Source of the DNA: Narcine bancroftii
Taxonomy: Eukaryota
Reading direction: 5' to 3'
Assembly (NCBI RefSeq): GCF_036971445.1
Contig: NC_091475.1
Coordinates: 26,660,001-26,724,000, forward strand
DNA: 64,000 nucleotides
The position numbers and the translations under genes were made by a program. Of this stretch, positions 12,930 through 24,887 are shown one piece after another. Every line of letters starts with the position of its first letter. Position 1 is the first letter of the stretch. The notes under the pieces were generated by a model, which was given only the letters and a program-made list of their open reading frames with translations, ran no database searches and was not told the origin of the DNA.

Positions 12930-13611
12930 GCTAACATGCAGGTTCAGAAAGCTGTGAAGAAGGCAAATGGAATGTTGGCTTTCATAAAGAGGGGATTGGA
13001 GAATAGGAAAAGAGACGCCCTTCTGCAGTTATACAGGGCCCTGGTGAGACCCCACCTGGAGTATTGCGTCCAGTTCTGGTCTCCAAACTTGAGGAAGGAC
13101 ATACTAGCTATAGAGGGTGTGCAGCGCAGATTTACAAGGTTAGTTCCAGGGATGGCAGAGTTGTCATATGCAGCAAGGCTAGAAAAACTGGACTTGTATC
13201 CATTGGAGTTTAGAAGGATGAGGGGGGACATGATTGAGGTATATAAAATCATCAGGGGGATAGACAAGGTGAAGTCTGATTACTTGTTCCCAATGATGGG
13301 GGAGACGAGGACTAGAGGGCATAGTTTAAGAATACAGGGTAGGCCCTTTAGAACGGAGATGAGAAAGCATTTTTTTACCCAGAGAAGTGTGAATCTGTGG
13401 AATGCTCTGCCACAGAGGGTGGTAGAGGCGGATTTGCTGACTATGTTCAAAAGAGTGTTAGATAAGACTCTTGTGGGTAATGGAGTTAAGGGTTATGGGG
13501 ATAAGGCTGGAAAGGGGTACTAATGGTAATGATCAGCCATGATCTAAAATGGCAGTGCTGGCCCGACGGGCCAAATGGCCTACTCCAGCTCCTATTGTCT
13601 ATTGTCTATTG
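12930..13611 (+). mobile_element. CR1 LINE 3' end
   Basis: Peptide LYRALVRPHLEYCVQFWSP...RRMRGDMIEVYKI...TRGHSL...FFTQR...WNALP. 3' UTR gatcagccatgatc...ggcctactcc with a (CTATTGT)n tail. Confidence 0.93.
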
Positions 13612-13618
13612 ATTAAAA

Positions 13619-13749
13619 CAGTCGTTTTCAAACTTTTTTTTCCACCCACATATCACCTTAAGCAATCCCTTACAAATCACAGAGCACCTTTGGCATAGGG
13701 AATACTTAAAGTGGTATGTGAGTGGAAAGAAAAAGGTTGAGAACCAATG
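13619..13749. mobile_element. hAT-type MITE, palindromic
   Basis: Ends CAGTCGTTTTCAAAC / GGTTGAGAACCAATG resemble Charlie TIRs, and the body is an imperfect inverted repeat. No clean TSD. Confidence 0.65.
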
Positions 13750-14425
13750 CTGTAGAGCTCTTTCACTGACATTTCCTGATGAGATTATTGAATTGGTGAA
13801 TTTATTGCCCTCCTTCAACCCCTCTACCAGTATATTTTAACCACTACACACTCCCCTTCCACCCTCTCCCTTACAATTTTTCCATTTGATAATATCTCTC
13901 TCTGCTTGCAAAAATCCTTATGAATTGTTCTTTTGACCACTAAATTTACCTCTATTAATTATTATTTTTCTCTGTGACTTGTAAAAGTCATTTGGAAACA
14001 TTACTCCAACCAATCAAAGAAGTGGTGATGAGCAAACAATGAACTGCTCAAGGAACTCAGTGGGGTCAGTCAGCTTCCATGGATAGAAATGGTCAGGACC
14101 CCATCCCTACCTCAAATATTGACTGACCAATTCTATCCACAGAAGCTGTCTGTCCCCCTGAGATGGTTCAGCAGCTCATCCATTTGCTCAAGATTCCAAC
14201 TTTTGAAATATCTGTGTTACACAAGGTACATTCATGCTTTATTGTGTTCCATAGAAAAGCTAACATACAAAACATGAAGTTCATGTATTGGAAACAATCA
14301 CTTAACAAAAAGATGGTTGAAAAATTAACAATCCTTTCTTGTTTAGATGTTTCTCCACCAGGGTCTCCAGTCTAGTGTCTCCTTGACATAACACCCTTCA
14401 ATGTTTCCCGGGCCAGATTCACTTT

Positions 14426-16856
14426 TTTTTAATTTTTTAAAATTTTTTATTTTTCACACCATAAATCACATTAGCCATGATATACACTATTTCTTTTTCA
14501 CACATATACAGTGACTTTTTCTCCCCCCCCCCCTCCTCCCAAGCCACCCCCCCACCCCCCCCCCTCTCATCCATTTTAGGTATACAATCTAGGTTGCATT
14601 AAGCCAGTCAGACAATGTTGTCATTCAACAAAAATACACCAGAAATTCTACTGAGTCCATTCTTTTCTTTCCTTCTCCTTCCATCAACTTAGGTAATGTT
14701 TGTCCCCGGTAGGTTTTCGCTATTGTATTTAATGTAAGGCTCCTATACTTGTTCGAATATTTCAATATTATTTCTTAACCTATATGTTATTTTTTCTAAT
14801 GGAATACATTTATTCATTTAAATTTAGTAGTTTCTTCCTTTTAATTTGGTTATGTATTCCATTAATATTTAAAGTCATATAGTTCAGCGTAGCCCTTTTA
14901 TATTTTGTTTATCTTCTCTTTCCGTTTTTCCATCATTACCTTTCCTCCTTTTCCATTTCTGTTTTCTTATTTTCAACTCTTTATAAGACAACATTCCTAC
15001 AACATCCAACATTTTCCTTATTCTCCTATTTCTATCTTATTTATCCCCAATCTCCCCTTCCCCTCCTGAGTTGTCCTTTATCCCTTGTCGGACAACCACA
15101 TCTCCCCTCTCCATTTGGATTTGCGAATCCACTCGCAAGCGTCAACTGATTTTGCAGTGACCGCTATTTCCCCCCACCCCGCCCCCCCCCAGAAAAGATT
15201 TCACTTTTCTATGTCACAAAGGTCACTCTTTTAATTCCCTCCTTATTCTCTCTATTCCATTACCTTCCCTTATTAATTCTTGTCTATACTATCTATATTT
15301 TCCTCTAAGTACAGATACATTCACGTATGCACATTGTCTCTATTCACTCTTATACCTCTTTACCCGCATACATATCAATCGTGATCATTTTTACTCTCAT
15401 TACCCGTCTTCATCCCTCAGTCTATTTTTGTCTTTACCCACATACATATCAATCGTGATCATTTTTACTCTCATTACCCGTCTTCCTCCCTCAGTCTATT
15501 TTTGTAATTGTTCTGCAAATTTTCGTGCTTCTTCTGGATCCGAGAATAGTCTGTTTTGTTGTCCTGGAATAAATATTTTCAATACCGCTGGATGCTTTAG
15601 TATAAATTTATACCCTTTCTTCCATAAAATCGCCTTTGCTGTATTGAACTCTTTTCTCTTCTTTAGGAGTTCAAAACTTATATCTGGATAAATGAAGATT
15701 TTTTGCCCTTTATACTCCAGTGGTTTGTTGCCCTCTCTTACTTTTTCCATTGTCTTCTCCAGTACCTTTTCTCTTGTAGTATATCTTAGGAATTTTACTA
15801 CAATAGATCTTGGTTTTTGTTGTGGTTGTGGTTTAGAGGCCAATACTCTATGTGCCCTTTCTATTTCCATTTCTTGCTGTAGTTCTGGACATCCTAGGGT
15901 CTTAGGGATCCACTCTTTTATAAACTCCCTCATATTCTTGCCTTCTTCATCTTCCTTAAGGCCCACTATCTTTATGTTATTTCTTCTGTTATAATTTTCC
16001 ATTGTATCTATTTTTTGAGCTAGTAGTTCTTGTGTCTCTTTAGTTTTTTTATTAGATTCCTCCAATTTCTTTTTTAAGTCTTCTACCTCCATTTCTGCTG
16101 CTACTGCCCGCTCTTCCATCTTGTCCATTTTCTTTCCCATTTCTGTTAAGGTCATCTCTATTTTATTCATTTTCTCTTCTGTGTTGTTTATTCTTTTTCT
16201 TAAATCCTTAAATTCCTGTGTTTGCCATTCTTTAAATGACTCCATGTATCCTTTAATAAGAGAAAGTACCTTCTTTATCTTGCCTTTCTTTTCTTCTTCT
16301 ATTTCACTGTACTCTTCCTCTTCCTCTTCTTCTTCCTCTGGGTTGGCCATCTGTTGTTTCTTTGTTGCCCTTTCCTTCTCTTCTTTCTTGTTTCTATTGT
16401 CTTCTGTGGTCTCTTCTTGCTGCAGGTGTTCTGCAGCTGTCGTTGCCGGCTGTGGAGATCGACTCCCCAGCTGGTCCCCCCTCCCGTCGGTGTGTTTTTT
16501 TTCATTCGCATCGCGCATGCGCGAGGAATCGCGCATGCGCGGTTGCGCACTTTTACTCGGCTCAGCGAGCCATTTTTGTAGTCCATTATTTACCGACCTG
16601 AGGGAGCGGGTTTCTCTCTCCGCAGCGGGCCTCTTCGGACAGGTAAGGCCTTCACCTTTTTCCTCCTTTGTCTTCTCTTCCTCTCTTCTTACCGTTGCTT
16701 TCAATTTTTCTTTTTTTGTCGCCATCTTCTTTCCACCTTTATACTCACTTTTCTGTAACTTTTATTTCTGTGGCTTTGTGTTTTCCTTTGTTTTTCCCGA
16801 CTTTTCTGGAGAGGGCTGGAGTTCACCGTCCGGCCACTACTCCATCACGTGACTCC
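14426..16856 (-). mobile_element. Full-length non-autonomous L1 derivative: intact ORF1, ORF2 deleted (HAL1-like)
   Basis: TSD TCCCGGGCCAGATTCACTTT at 14406-14425 and 16857-16876. CpG-rich 5' end, ORF1, spacer, fused ORF2 N- and C-terminal vestige (14690-14896), G-rich 3' UTR, AATAAA and A tail. Confidence 0.9.
15496..16725 (-). CDS. L1 ORF1p (coiled coil, RRM, CTD); true start may be the ATG at 16350 (MANPEEE)
   Basis: 409-aa open frame with a heptad coiled coil and the L1 ORF1 motifs ENYNRRNNIKIVGLKE, IERAHR, PRSIVVKF, IFIYPDIS and HPAVLKI. Confidence 0.92.
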   Translation of the reverse strand: MATKKEKLKATVRREEEKTKEEKGEGLTCPKRPAAERETRSLRSVNNGLQKWLAEPSKSAQPRMRDSSRMRDANEKKHTDGRGDQLGSRSPQPATTAAEHLQQEETTEDNRNKKEEKERATKKQQMANPEEEEEEEEEYSEIEEEKKGKIKKVLSLIKGYMESFKEWQTQEFKDLRKRINNTEEKMNKIEMTLTEMGKKMDKMEERAVAAEMEVEDLKKKLEESNKKTKETQELLAQKIDTMENYNRRNNIKIVGLKEDEEGKNMREFIKEWIPKTLGCPELQQEMEIERAHRVLASKPQPQQKPRSIVVKFLRYTTREKVLEKTMEKVREGNKPLEYKGQKIFIYPDISFELLKKRKEFNTAKAILWKKGYKFILKHPAVLKIFIPGQQNRLFSDPEEARKFAEQLQK

Positions 16857-18414
16857 TCCCGGGCCAGATTCACTTTGAAGTGACTTCCAGCACTTGTGAC
16901 CGTCACAGAGAACCTTCTCCTTAAGCAGCTTATTTGCTTTATTCAGTGCAAGTTAGCTTTATTTATGATGAGCCACTCACAACATTGACTCCCTGATTAT
17001 TCCCACCCCCCCCCCCAATCCCCCAGCACAGTTAGTGGGAACTGTAGGATGCTGAAGTGATCAGGCAGCACAGGTTGGTGGACAGTCTGCATGACCATCT
17101 CTTTATCCTTCTCAGACCTGTTGGATTTGGTAACCCTCCATATTACTTCAGACCTCAATAAAATGGGAAACGTCCAACAATTTGTCAGAGGCTTTGTTAA
17201 AAGAGTACCTGAAGGAATTTGAAGCAGTTATTGGATATAATGGACATTCCCTTGGTCGTGTATTTTAGTTTCGAAAAAACAACCAATCTCATGGAAGTAC
17301 TCAACAGCATCAAAGGTTTTGAACTGGAACATTGACAATATCTTTTGTTGCACTGATGCCTCAGATTCATGCCTCCAAAATGGATTTGTTTAACTGATAC
17401 ATTGGACTGGCTTCAGCTGTTAACTATACTAGCTGAGGTCTGGTCCATACTGGCAGATTCTGATCCAAGTCTATCAGCTCATCCCACCACTAGGCTTGCC
17501 CATTCTTGCTGCAATTTCCAGTTTTAAACTGCAAAGATAATTCCCCAAACCCAGCACCGTGTTTTATGTGTGTTCACCCAACTTCTTAAAACATTTCTAT
17601 TGCTTCAACTTTATTCATCTCCAAACATTGGTTAATCTCACCTAGTAACTAGAACGTGTGCATGAATGGACAGCGAGTATAAATTCCAGGAAACAGAACG
17701 AGGCCATAACACCCAGCCTATTTTGCACATTTTGAGATTCAATATCCAAATTAGCATTGTGTTCCCCAGAGTTCCTATTTAACTTTTTTCCACACAAAGC
17801 TGATTGATTCTGGGAACCTGGTATGGGGGCCAGGACTTGTGAGGGTGTTGATGGCAAGCAGGGTTCCCAAAGGAACCTAAGCATTGACAGCTTCTTAATT
17901 GTATCAGGGATTTGGAACCCAGAGCAGAGGAAGGTGACTCTGGTGCCTCAAGCCAAGTCCCCCATTGGAATGTACGGAAGGCCGTGCATTCCAGGGGCAA
18001 AAAGGAACTCAGGAGACAGTGGCATCACTGAAGGTGGCAGGATTCATGTCTCTGACAGGATTCTCTTCTGCTTCTTTCTTGCCTTGAACTAGTCGCTTCT
18101 CTTTCGCTCTTTTACAGGGCAGTCAAAGGAAAACAAATGTTTTGTATTTTATGTGCATGACATTCTACAATTTTAAGTCTGCTTTGATTTTTATAACTCT
18201 GTTCAGGTAATAAGACTATTATAGCCATGGCAGTTATTTCATTTACAAGGAAGTAATAATTGACAATATATAGAGGAAGCCTGGTTAAATATAAAGTCTA
18301 ACCACGCAGAAGTAAAATAAATGGTTACTGATCTTCCTCCTGGTGAAATGGAGGTGTTTTAATGCTGAGAATTAATAATCCCTGTAACCTACATAGTAGT
18401 TTTTGCTAATTCAG

Positions 18415-19155
18415 ATCAGATACGATTTATTGTTGTGGAATAAAACCGAAATGTAATATTACATGAAATTGCCTTTTGTCTACTGTAAGGCAGACAATCA
18501 TTCATCATTACATTAGCATTATCCAGTGCCCTTTACAGTCTGAGAAAGAGAAGCAGAAGAGAGTCCCCTCAGAGTTAACGAGTGTCCGTGGGATTTACCT
18601 CCAGGGCTCCCGCAGCCTCTGCAGCCGCGCAAGACTCCAGTTCAGTTCAAACCATTGTCAACCCAAGCCTAGATCCAAACCTCCAGCACGACGTGGAAGC
18701 CTTCAGCACCCAGGGCCCTGCGGGAGCCCTCCTTGCTCTCAGCATCCTCTCAAAACCCGATTCTGATACATGGTTCTTATGAGCTAGTCACATGGCAGCT
18801 CGCAGCCACGTGGGAGCCCTTTGACTTCAAGTCGCCAGTGTGGTGATATGTAATTACACCACTAGGTTACCAGGGGTCATCCTGGTGACCTTGTGTATAT
18901 AAAGCAGTCCAGAGCTACAGTCTAGCCTTCCAGGTTTGTCTTGCAGAGAGACAAGACCTCTTAGTGTACATATTAGTTTAATAAAGCTGCCTTATACTCG
19001 CACTGCTGCTGTGGTTATTGTCAGTACAGCCAGCAGCATGTGCGGGTTCCTCAACTGCAAGTCACCAATAGCTCACCACCTGTGTGCATCTTCCAGTCAC
19101 AGAACCCCTTGTTGGTCTATCACCGTGGTCACCATTCCTAGGGTCATCTCTTCTG
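18415..19155 (-). repeat. Non-coding interspersed repeat family with LINE-like 3' tail, split by a solo LTR
   Basis: Shares tttattgt...gtaatattacatgaaatt...ctgtaaggcag...agagaagca...gagtcccc...cagagt...gagtgtccgtgg with 56335-57180 and 57205-57490. Weaker copies at about 1590-2830 and 17780-18165(+). Confidence 0.6.
18839..19028 (+). mobile_element. Solo LTR (190 bp)
   Basis: TG...CA ends, 5-bp TSD GCCAG (18834-18838 and 19029-19033), TATATAAA near 18896 and AATAAA near 18980. Confidence 0.85.
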
Positions 19156-20589
19156 CAAGGCAACCAACACATATTTCCTTCAGAAATACCAGAGTAATGC
19201 CATGCAAACAAATGAAGTTTGTATGATAACTTCGAAAAGATTTAGGCTCAGAAGTGTTGAACTACATTCAGGTGTACTTGGTTGAATGTTCATCCAATTG
19301 GTTTAGTACAAGTGTAACAAAGTTGTATTTCAAATATACCTACCATGGGATATAAAGCACCTCTGGATACTGAAACTAATATTTTTTTTATTAGCTACTT
19401 TAAGATTTATGCTGTTAATAAATACAGTGAAAGATGATGTTTTGTCAGAGCCTGGGGACTCTATGAAGTATGATCCAGTGATAGACACACTGGAGATTAT
19501 TTGAACAAAAAAAAACCTAGGTTAGGGTTGCATGATAAAATTTAAAATTTTTCAAACTTAACCTTGATTTGCCTTGACTAAGCCCACTTCTGGTTTTAAA
19601 GGATGTGGGACAAGGTTTCGAGGGGGAGACAGTTTCCCATTCTTGGGAAGACATTTCCACCAGTCTCTGTTACTAAGAAATATGCCTTCTTTCAATTTAA
19701 AATGGTTTGTATTTGTGATCTAGTGGCTGGGTTTTCCTTGTCTTGAGAAAGCTCTGCAGATAAAAGGAGATGAGCAAGGCCAGATCAATGTCTGCTGTTT
19801 CTTTTGAGTCCCTTCTCCTTCTGATCCAGAGATCTAAGCACAGAAACACTTACCAACTGGGACTGTGCTTTAGCTGCATGTTAATAGCTTTGAGCTGCCA
19901 ATGCTACCTGCTCAACAAACCCACTGCTCATCATTGAAGTTGGCTTTGCGACCATTCCTTTATCAAAGTTGTAGATTTTTTTGAGAAGATGGGAGTTAAA
20001 ATAAAACTCAAAATCTGACCACTTCTTCATCTTTATTTGGCATAACACCCCTGAACAATCCTGTCATTTGTCATTCAATTTCTCATGTCTCTTTCTTAAA
20101 ATAAAATTTGGTTACCATTATTTATTTTCTTCCACCATTCATTTCTAATTTAGTTTACACAACGGCCTGGATTTCTGGTTGTCTTTTTATTTTGCAGGTC
20201 TGGATTACTTGAAAAGGCCAATGGAAATTTGTTTTGCAGTCAGAGGTTTACTTGGACCAAGTTTGCTGAGTAATGTTAATCTTCTCCATCATGACCCTAA
20301 ACCTGATTGCAGTGTTCTTGTGTAATGCATCATATTTGCAGAATAACATTGCCAATGGCGTTTTGGAGGAAACCTGCTCTCAGACACGTCACACTGAAAT
20401 CTAGGTGGTTGATTGCTCAATTATATTAATTTGTTCGTTTCATGAGTTGAACTATTTAAAAACACATTGCAGAAAAATTTTCACTGGGTCAGAGACATCC
20501 TGAAATCAACATTCCAAGTGTTTTAATGCTGAGAACTTCCTGTTGTGGTTTTGTCACATTCACCTTAATACCATACTGAGTTTACTGAT

Positions 20590-21812
20590 CTAAAGTAAAG
20601 ATCCGGACCCACTGCAATTCACCTAACATCACAATCGCTCCACAGCTGATGCAATATCGCTGGGTCTCCACTCATCTCTAGATCACCTCAAAAACAGCAA
20701 TACATACATATGGCTGCTCTTCATCGACTACAGCTCAGCCTTCAATACCATTATTCCCTCAGTGCTGGTCAAGAAGCTACAAACTCTAGACCCCACCCTG
20801 CAACTGGATCCTTGACTTTTTCATTGGAAGACCACAGTCAGTACAAATCGGAAACAACGTCTACTCCTCACTGATCATCCACGTAGGTGCACCCCAAGGA
20901 TGCATGCTTAGCCCACTGTTCTCCTCATTATACAGCCATGACTGTGTGGCCAGGCACAATTCCAATGCCATCTACAAGTTTGCTGATTACCTCATAGTTG
21001 TCGGCAGAATCACAAAAAGCAATGAGGAAGCGTCCAGGAGGGAGACAGATCAGCTCGTTGAATGGTGTCCCGACAACCTTGTGTTCAACATCACCAAAAC
21101 CAAGGAGATGACTGTGGACTTCAGGAGGAAGTCAGGGGAACAACGATCCTCATCAAGGGCACAGTAATGGAAAGGATCAAGAACTTCAAATTCCTGAGTG
21201 TCAACATCTCTGAGCATCTGTCCTGGGGCCTCCATGATGGTGCAATCACAAAGAAGGCTTGCCAGCGGCTATACTTTGTGAGGTGTCTGAGGTGGTTTGG
21301 TATGATGCCAAAGACTCTCTTAAACTTCTACAGGTGGACCGTGGAGAGCATTCTGGCTGGTTGCAGCACTGCCTGGTATAGAGGCACCAACTCTCAGGAC
21401 AAGAATAAACTCCAGAGAGTTGTTAACTTGGCCTGAGACATCACAGGCACCAGGCTTCACTCCATCAAGGACATCTACAAGGCGGTGTCTTAAAAAAGCA
21501 GCCTCTATCCTCAAGGACCCCCACTACCCAGGACATGTCCTCTTCATTCTGCTACCATTGGGGAAAGGTACAGGTGCTTAAAGATGAGCACTCAACGGCA
21601 CAAGGATGGCTTCTTCCCCGCTGCAATCAGATTCCTGAATAAACAATGAACCAAAGACACTGCCTTACTTTTTGTCCACAATTATTATTTTATTTGATTT
21701 TTTTTTTATAGTAATGTTGTAAAATGGTTATAATATGAATGTTTGCTCTATGACGCTGCCGCAAAACATCAAATTTCATGACTTGCTCATGAGAATAAAT
21801 CCTGATTCTGAT
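20590..21812 (+). mobile_element. Rex1/Babar-type LINE, 3' half, decayed
   Basis: Peptides [34 protein letters not shown]...KFAD and MERIKNFKFL. Tail gagaataaatcctgattctgatt. Same family as 3894-4992. Confidence 0.88.
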
Positions 21813-22294
21813 TGCAGCAAGTTGCCTTGATGGTTCTTGACCCCTTTTACCAGAATAGGAAGGATCCACCAGGGGTCTTGTGAACTGCAGTCCACTGATC
21901 TCTGTTGGTTAGCTTATAGATAATGGGTAGACAAGGTTACATTAAATTGCTAAACTTTCTAAAGCAGAACAGTCAACCTGCACAAGGTTCACTCATTTTC
22001 TTTGGTTTCAGTGGCATAGAGAGGTTACTGTCATTGGAACAGTGCTTTAACATTTATTGATGTTTTCACGTACAACTGGAAGAGCAAAATAAGCAAAAGA
22101 GAAACATAAAAAAAATTAAACGCTTCAGAAATATTTTAAAGCATAAATGGCCAAGATTACTCAAGAAACATGATGTGTATAAGGAAAACCTCATCCTTGG
22201 TTGCTTATTACAAGTCTTAGCATCAGTTATTTACTAAAATCAATGGAACCAAATGGCAAGAAGTAAATTTATCCAATATCCTCAAAGATAGTTG

Positions 22295-22530
22295 GGCCAG
22301 CAGAGTTAGTGTAGCAGTTTGCGTGGTGCCTGGAGTTCAAATCCAGTGGTTGGGGGGGGGGGGGGTGCACGTGCATATTTCCCATGTCTTCACGGGGGTT
22401 TTTTTTGCAGGTTCTCCGGTTCCCTCCCACCCTTCAAAAACATACAGGGGTTGTCAGTCAATTGGTTGTAATTATACAGCACTAGGGTTGTGGGCCAGAA
22501 GGGCCTGTTACCATTATTATTGTCTAACTT
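22295..22530 (+). mobile_element. V-SINE copy
   Basis: GGAGTTCAAATCC B-box-like motif, core ctccggttccctcccacc, and gggccagaagggcctg tail. Confidence 0.6.
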
Positions 22531-22677
22531 TTAAAAAAAAATTTAATTAAAAAAAAATATTAATTAAAAATTTTAAAAGTGTATATTTCTCCCCCAAGGA
22601 GATCTGGATCTACCCAATTTTCACATATGCTGGCTATGCTATGAGTGGAGATGGGCCGCAAAGCCAACATGAGCAAT

Positions 22678-23116
22678 ATAACCATATAACCATATAACCA
22701 CTTACAGCACAGAAGAGGCCAGTTCGGCCCTACTAGTCCATGCCGTAACAAATCCCCACCCTCCTAGTCCCACTGACCAGCACCCGGTCCATACCCCTCC
22801 AGTCCTCTCCTATCCATGTAACTATCCAGTCTTTCCTTAAATGTAACCAATGATCCCACCTCGACCACGTCTGTCGGAAGCTCATTCCACATCCCCACCA
22901 CCCTTTGCGTAAAGAAATTTCCCCTCATGTTCCCCTTATAATTTCCCCCTTCAATCTTAAACCATGCCCTCTAGTTTGAATCTCCCCCACTCTTAATTGA
23001 AAAAGCCTATCCACATTTACTCTGTCTGTCCCTTTTAAAATCTTAAACACCTCGATCAAGTCCCCTCTCAATCTTCTACGCTCCAGAGAAAAAAACCCCA
23101 GTCTGCACAACCTTTC
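22678..23116 (-). mobile_element. CR1 LINE 3' end
   Basis: Peptide LGFFSLERRRLRGDLIEVFKIL...TRGHGL. (ATATGGTT)n tail at 22678-22699. Confidence 0.9.
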
Positions 23117-24098
23117 TATATTTCCAGGAAGTGGGCAACCTGGTGAACGTCAAAAGCATTCCATTCTGTAAAATATGGCAAGAGGACTGGCCACTATGAT
23201 TCTTCCCCTTGTGTGAGTGAAGAATGGGGGTAACCATTGTCTGTGCCTGACTGACCAGAGGAAGGGTGCGGTGCTTGTTCTGGATGCTATCCTTCTCAGT
23301 CACAATCTTATTTTCCCTTTCATTGTAGATCTCATTTGCAGGAGGACCTCTTTCAACTAACATTCACAGTATTTCCCAACCCACCAGCCTCATTGCCAAT
23401 GCCTTCAGGGTCTCCGATAGAGATTCTGACCAAATCATTCCTAGTTCCTTAAGACAACTGAATCTCAATGCTCCCATTTCTCTTGACTCCCTGTGATCCC
23501 AATGTTACCATCCCCTTTTGCTCCCCAGCTTCCTGTTCCAGCTTGCTCCCAATTGGTCACTCACTGCACACCTGACTTCCCATTCTATGGTAGCAGTTAG
23601 CCACATGTGCAATGCAACTATGCTGCTGGAGAACCTTACACAAGCCTGAGTCCTATGCAGTGTCACTTTGAGATTTTCTGGCACTGTGGAATTTCTGAAC
23701 CAATGTGGAGAAACTTAGCAGGTCCTGCAGCATCCATAGGGGGCAAATATTATAACCAAAGTTTTGGGCTTGAGCCCTTCATCAAGGTATAATTTTCTCC
23801 AGCAATTATGTGTAATATCTTTGCCTCCTATTGGCACTGTAGGACCTGCTGAGATTCTCTAGAACTTTGTCTATTTACTACAATCAACATCTGTAGACTT
23901 TCCTGTTTCACTGATAATTAACACAGCTGCTCGTTGGACATTACAAAATTCAAACCTTAATTAATTCAATTCAAGGTTGGTTTTGCAAGTCTTTTCTCAT
24001 GATATATTAGAGAATGAAATGACTGTGGCTCTAATTGGATTGATGGTGAAGCAAAGGAAAATTAATTGTACTGTGAAGTATGCATCCAATTAGAAATA

Positions 24099-24453
24099 GG
24101 CCTTTTTTCCACTGTCATCCCAGAGAATTGACCGTGCAGTGTCCCGGGATAGGAAGCCATTTGTGCCGTTTCCACTGAGTCACTTTTAACTGGGACACTG
24201 ACTGCTTTTCCTCTGAACACAACTCATCCCTGGGAATCGGAGAGTCTACCTTCAAATGGAATGGAATGGATGGAGGTTGTCCTTTTTCTACTGGTTTAAT
24301 CAGCATGCCAGTGTCAGTTGATGCCGGGGATATGAGTAGGGATAGAGGCCGTCGATCCCCAGGGTGATTTAACATCATTCGACACAGGCGCGCTGATCGT
24401 TTTCCTTTTCTACAGGACCTTAACCGGTTAATTCCCCATTAATTCCTGGGATG
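24099..24453. mobile_element. Probable PIF/Harbinger-type MITE remnant
   Basis: Begins GGCCTTTTTTCCACTG with repeated internal TTTCCACTG-like motifs. TCATCCCAGAGAATT (24116) pairs with AATTCCTGGGATGA (about 24440-24453). Confidence 0.45.
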
Positions 24454-24887
24454 AACATATACAACAGCCTGACCAAAATTTAATTCTCCAACTAATTCTT
24501 GCAGCTCATTATTCTGCTGTCCCTAGACCTTGAAAATTTTCCTTCTGTATTAGAGACATCATATTTGAATGTAGTCTGATCATATTTTTAATATCCTTAC
24601 GTGACTTCAAGCACCATCTCCGGATTATAGCACCATTTGTGAAGTAATTATAACGTCATTTTATCATCACAAATTGGTTTTGCATTTATTAGACATCCGC
24701 ACACTTTACAGACTTGTGCACACCAGGAGACATGGAATCAGCTATGTTAGACCATTTTGCCAGTTTACATTAACCCCATTTGCCTGCATTAGGTCCAAGA
24801 CATTCCATGCTCTGCCTTTCTTCTTTGTCAAAATCTCAAAAGCTTTCTTTGTTAACATCAGACTGCTTTCTGGGATCTATGTTAAAT

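Noticed and set aside
15428-16883. Plus-strand ORFs of 71-243 aa (Ser/Phe-rich)
   Set aside because: These are antisense shadows of the purine-rich L1 ORF1.
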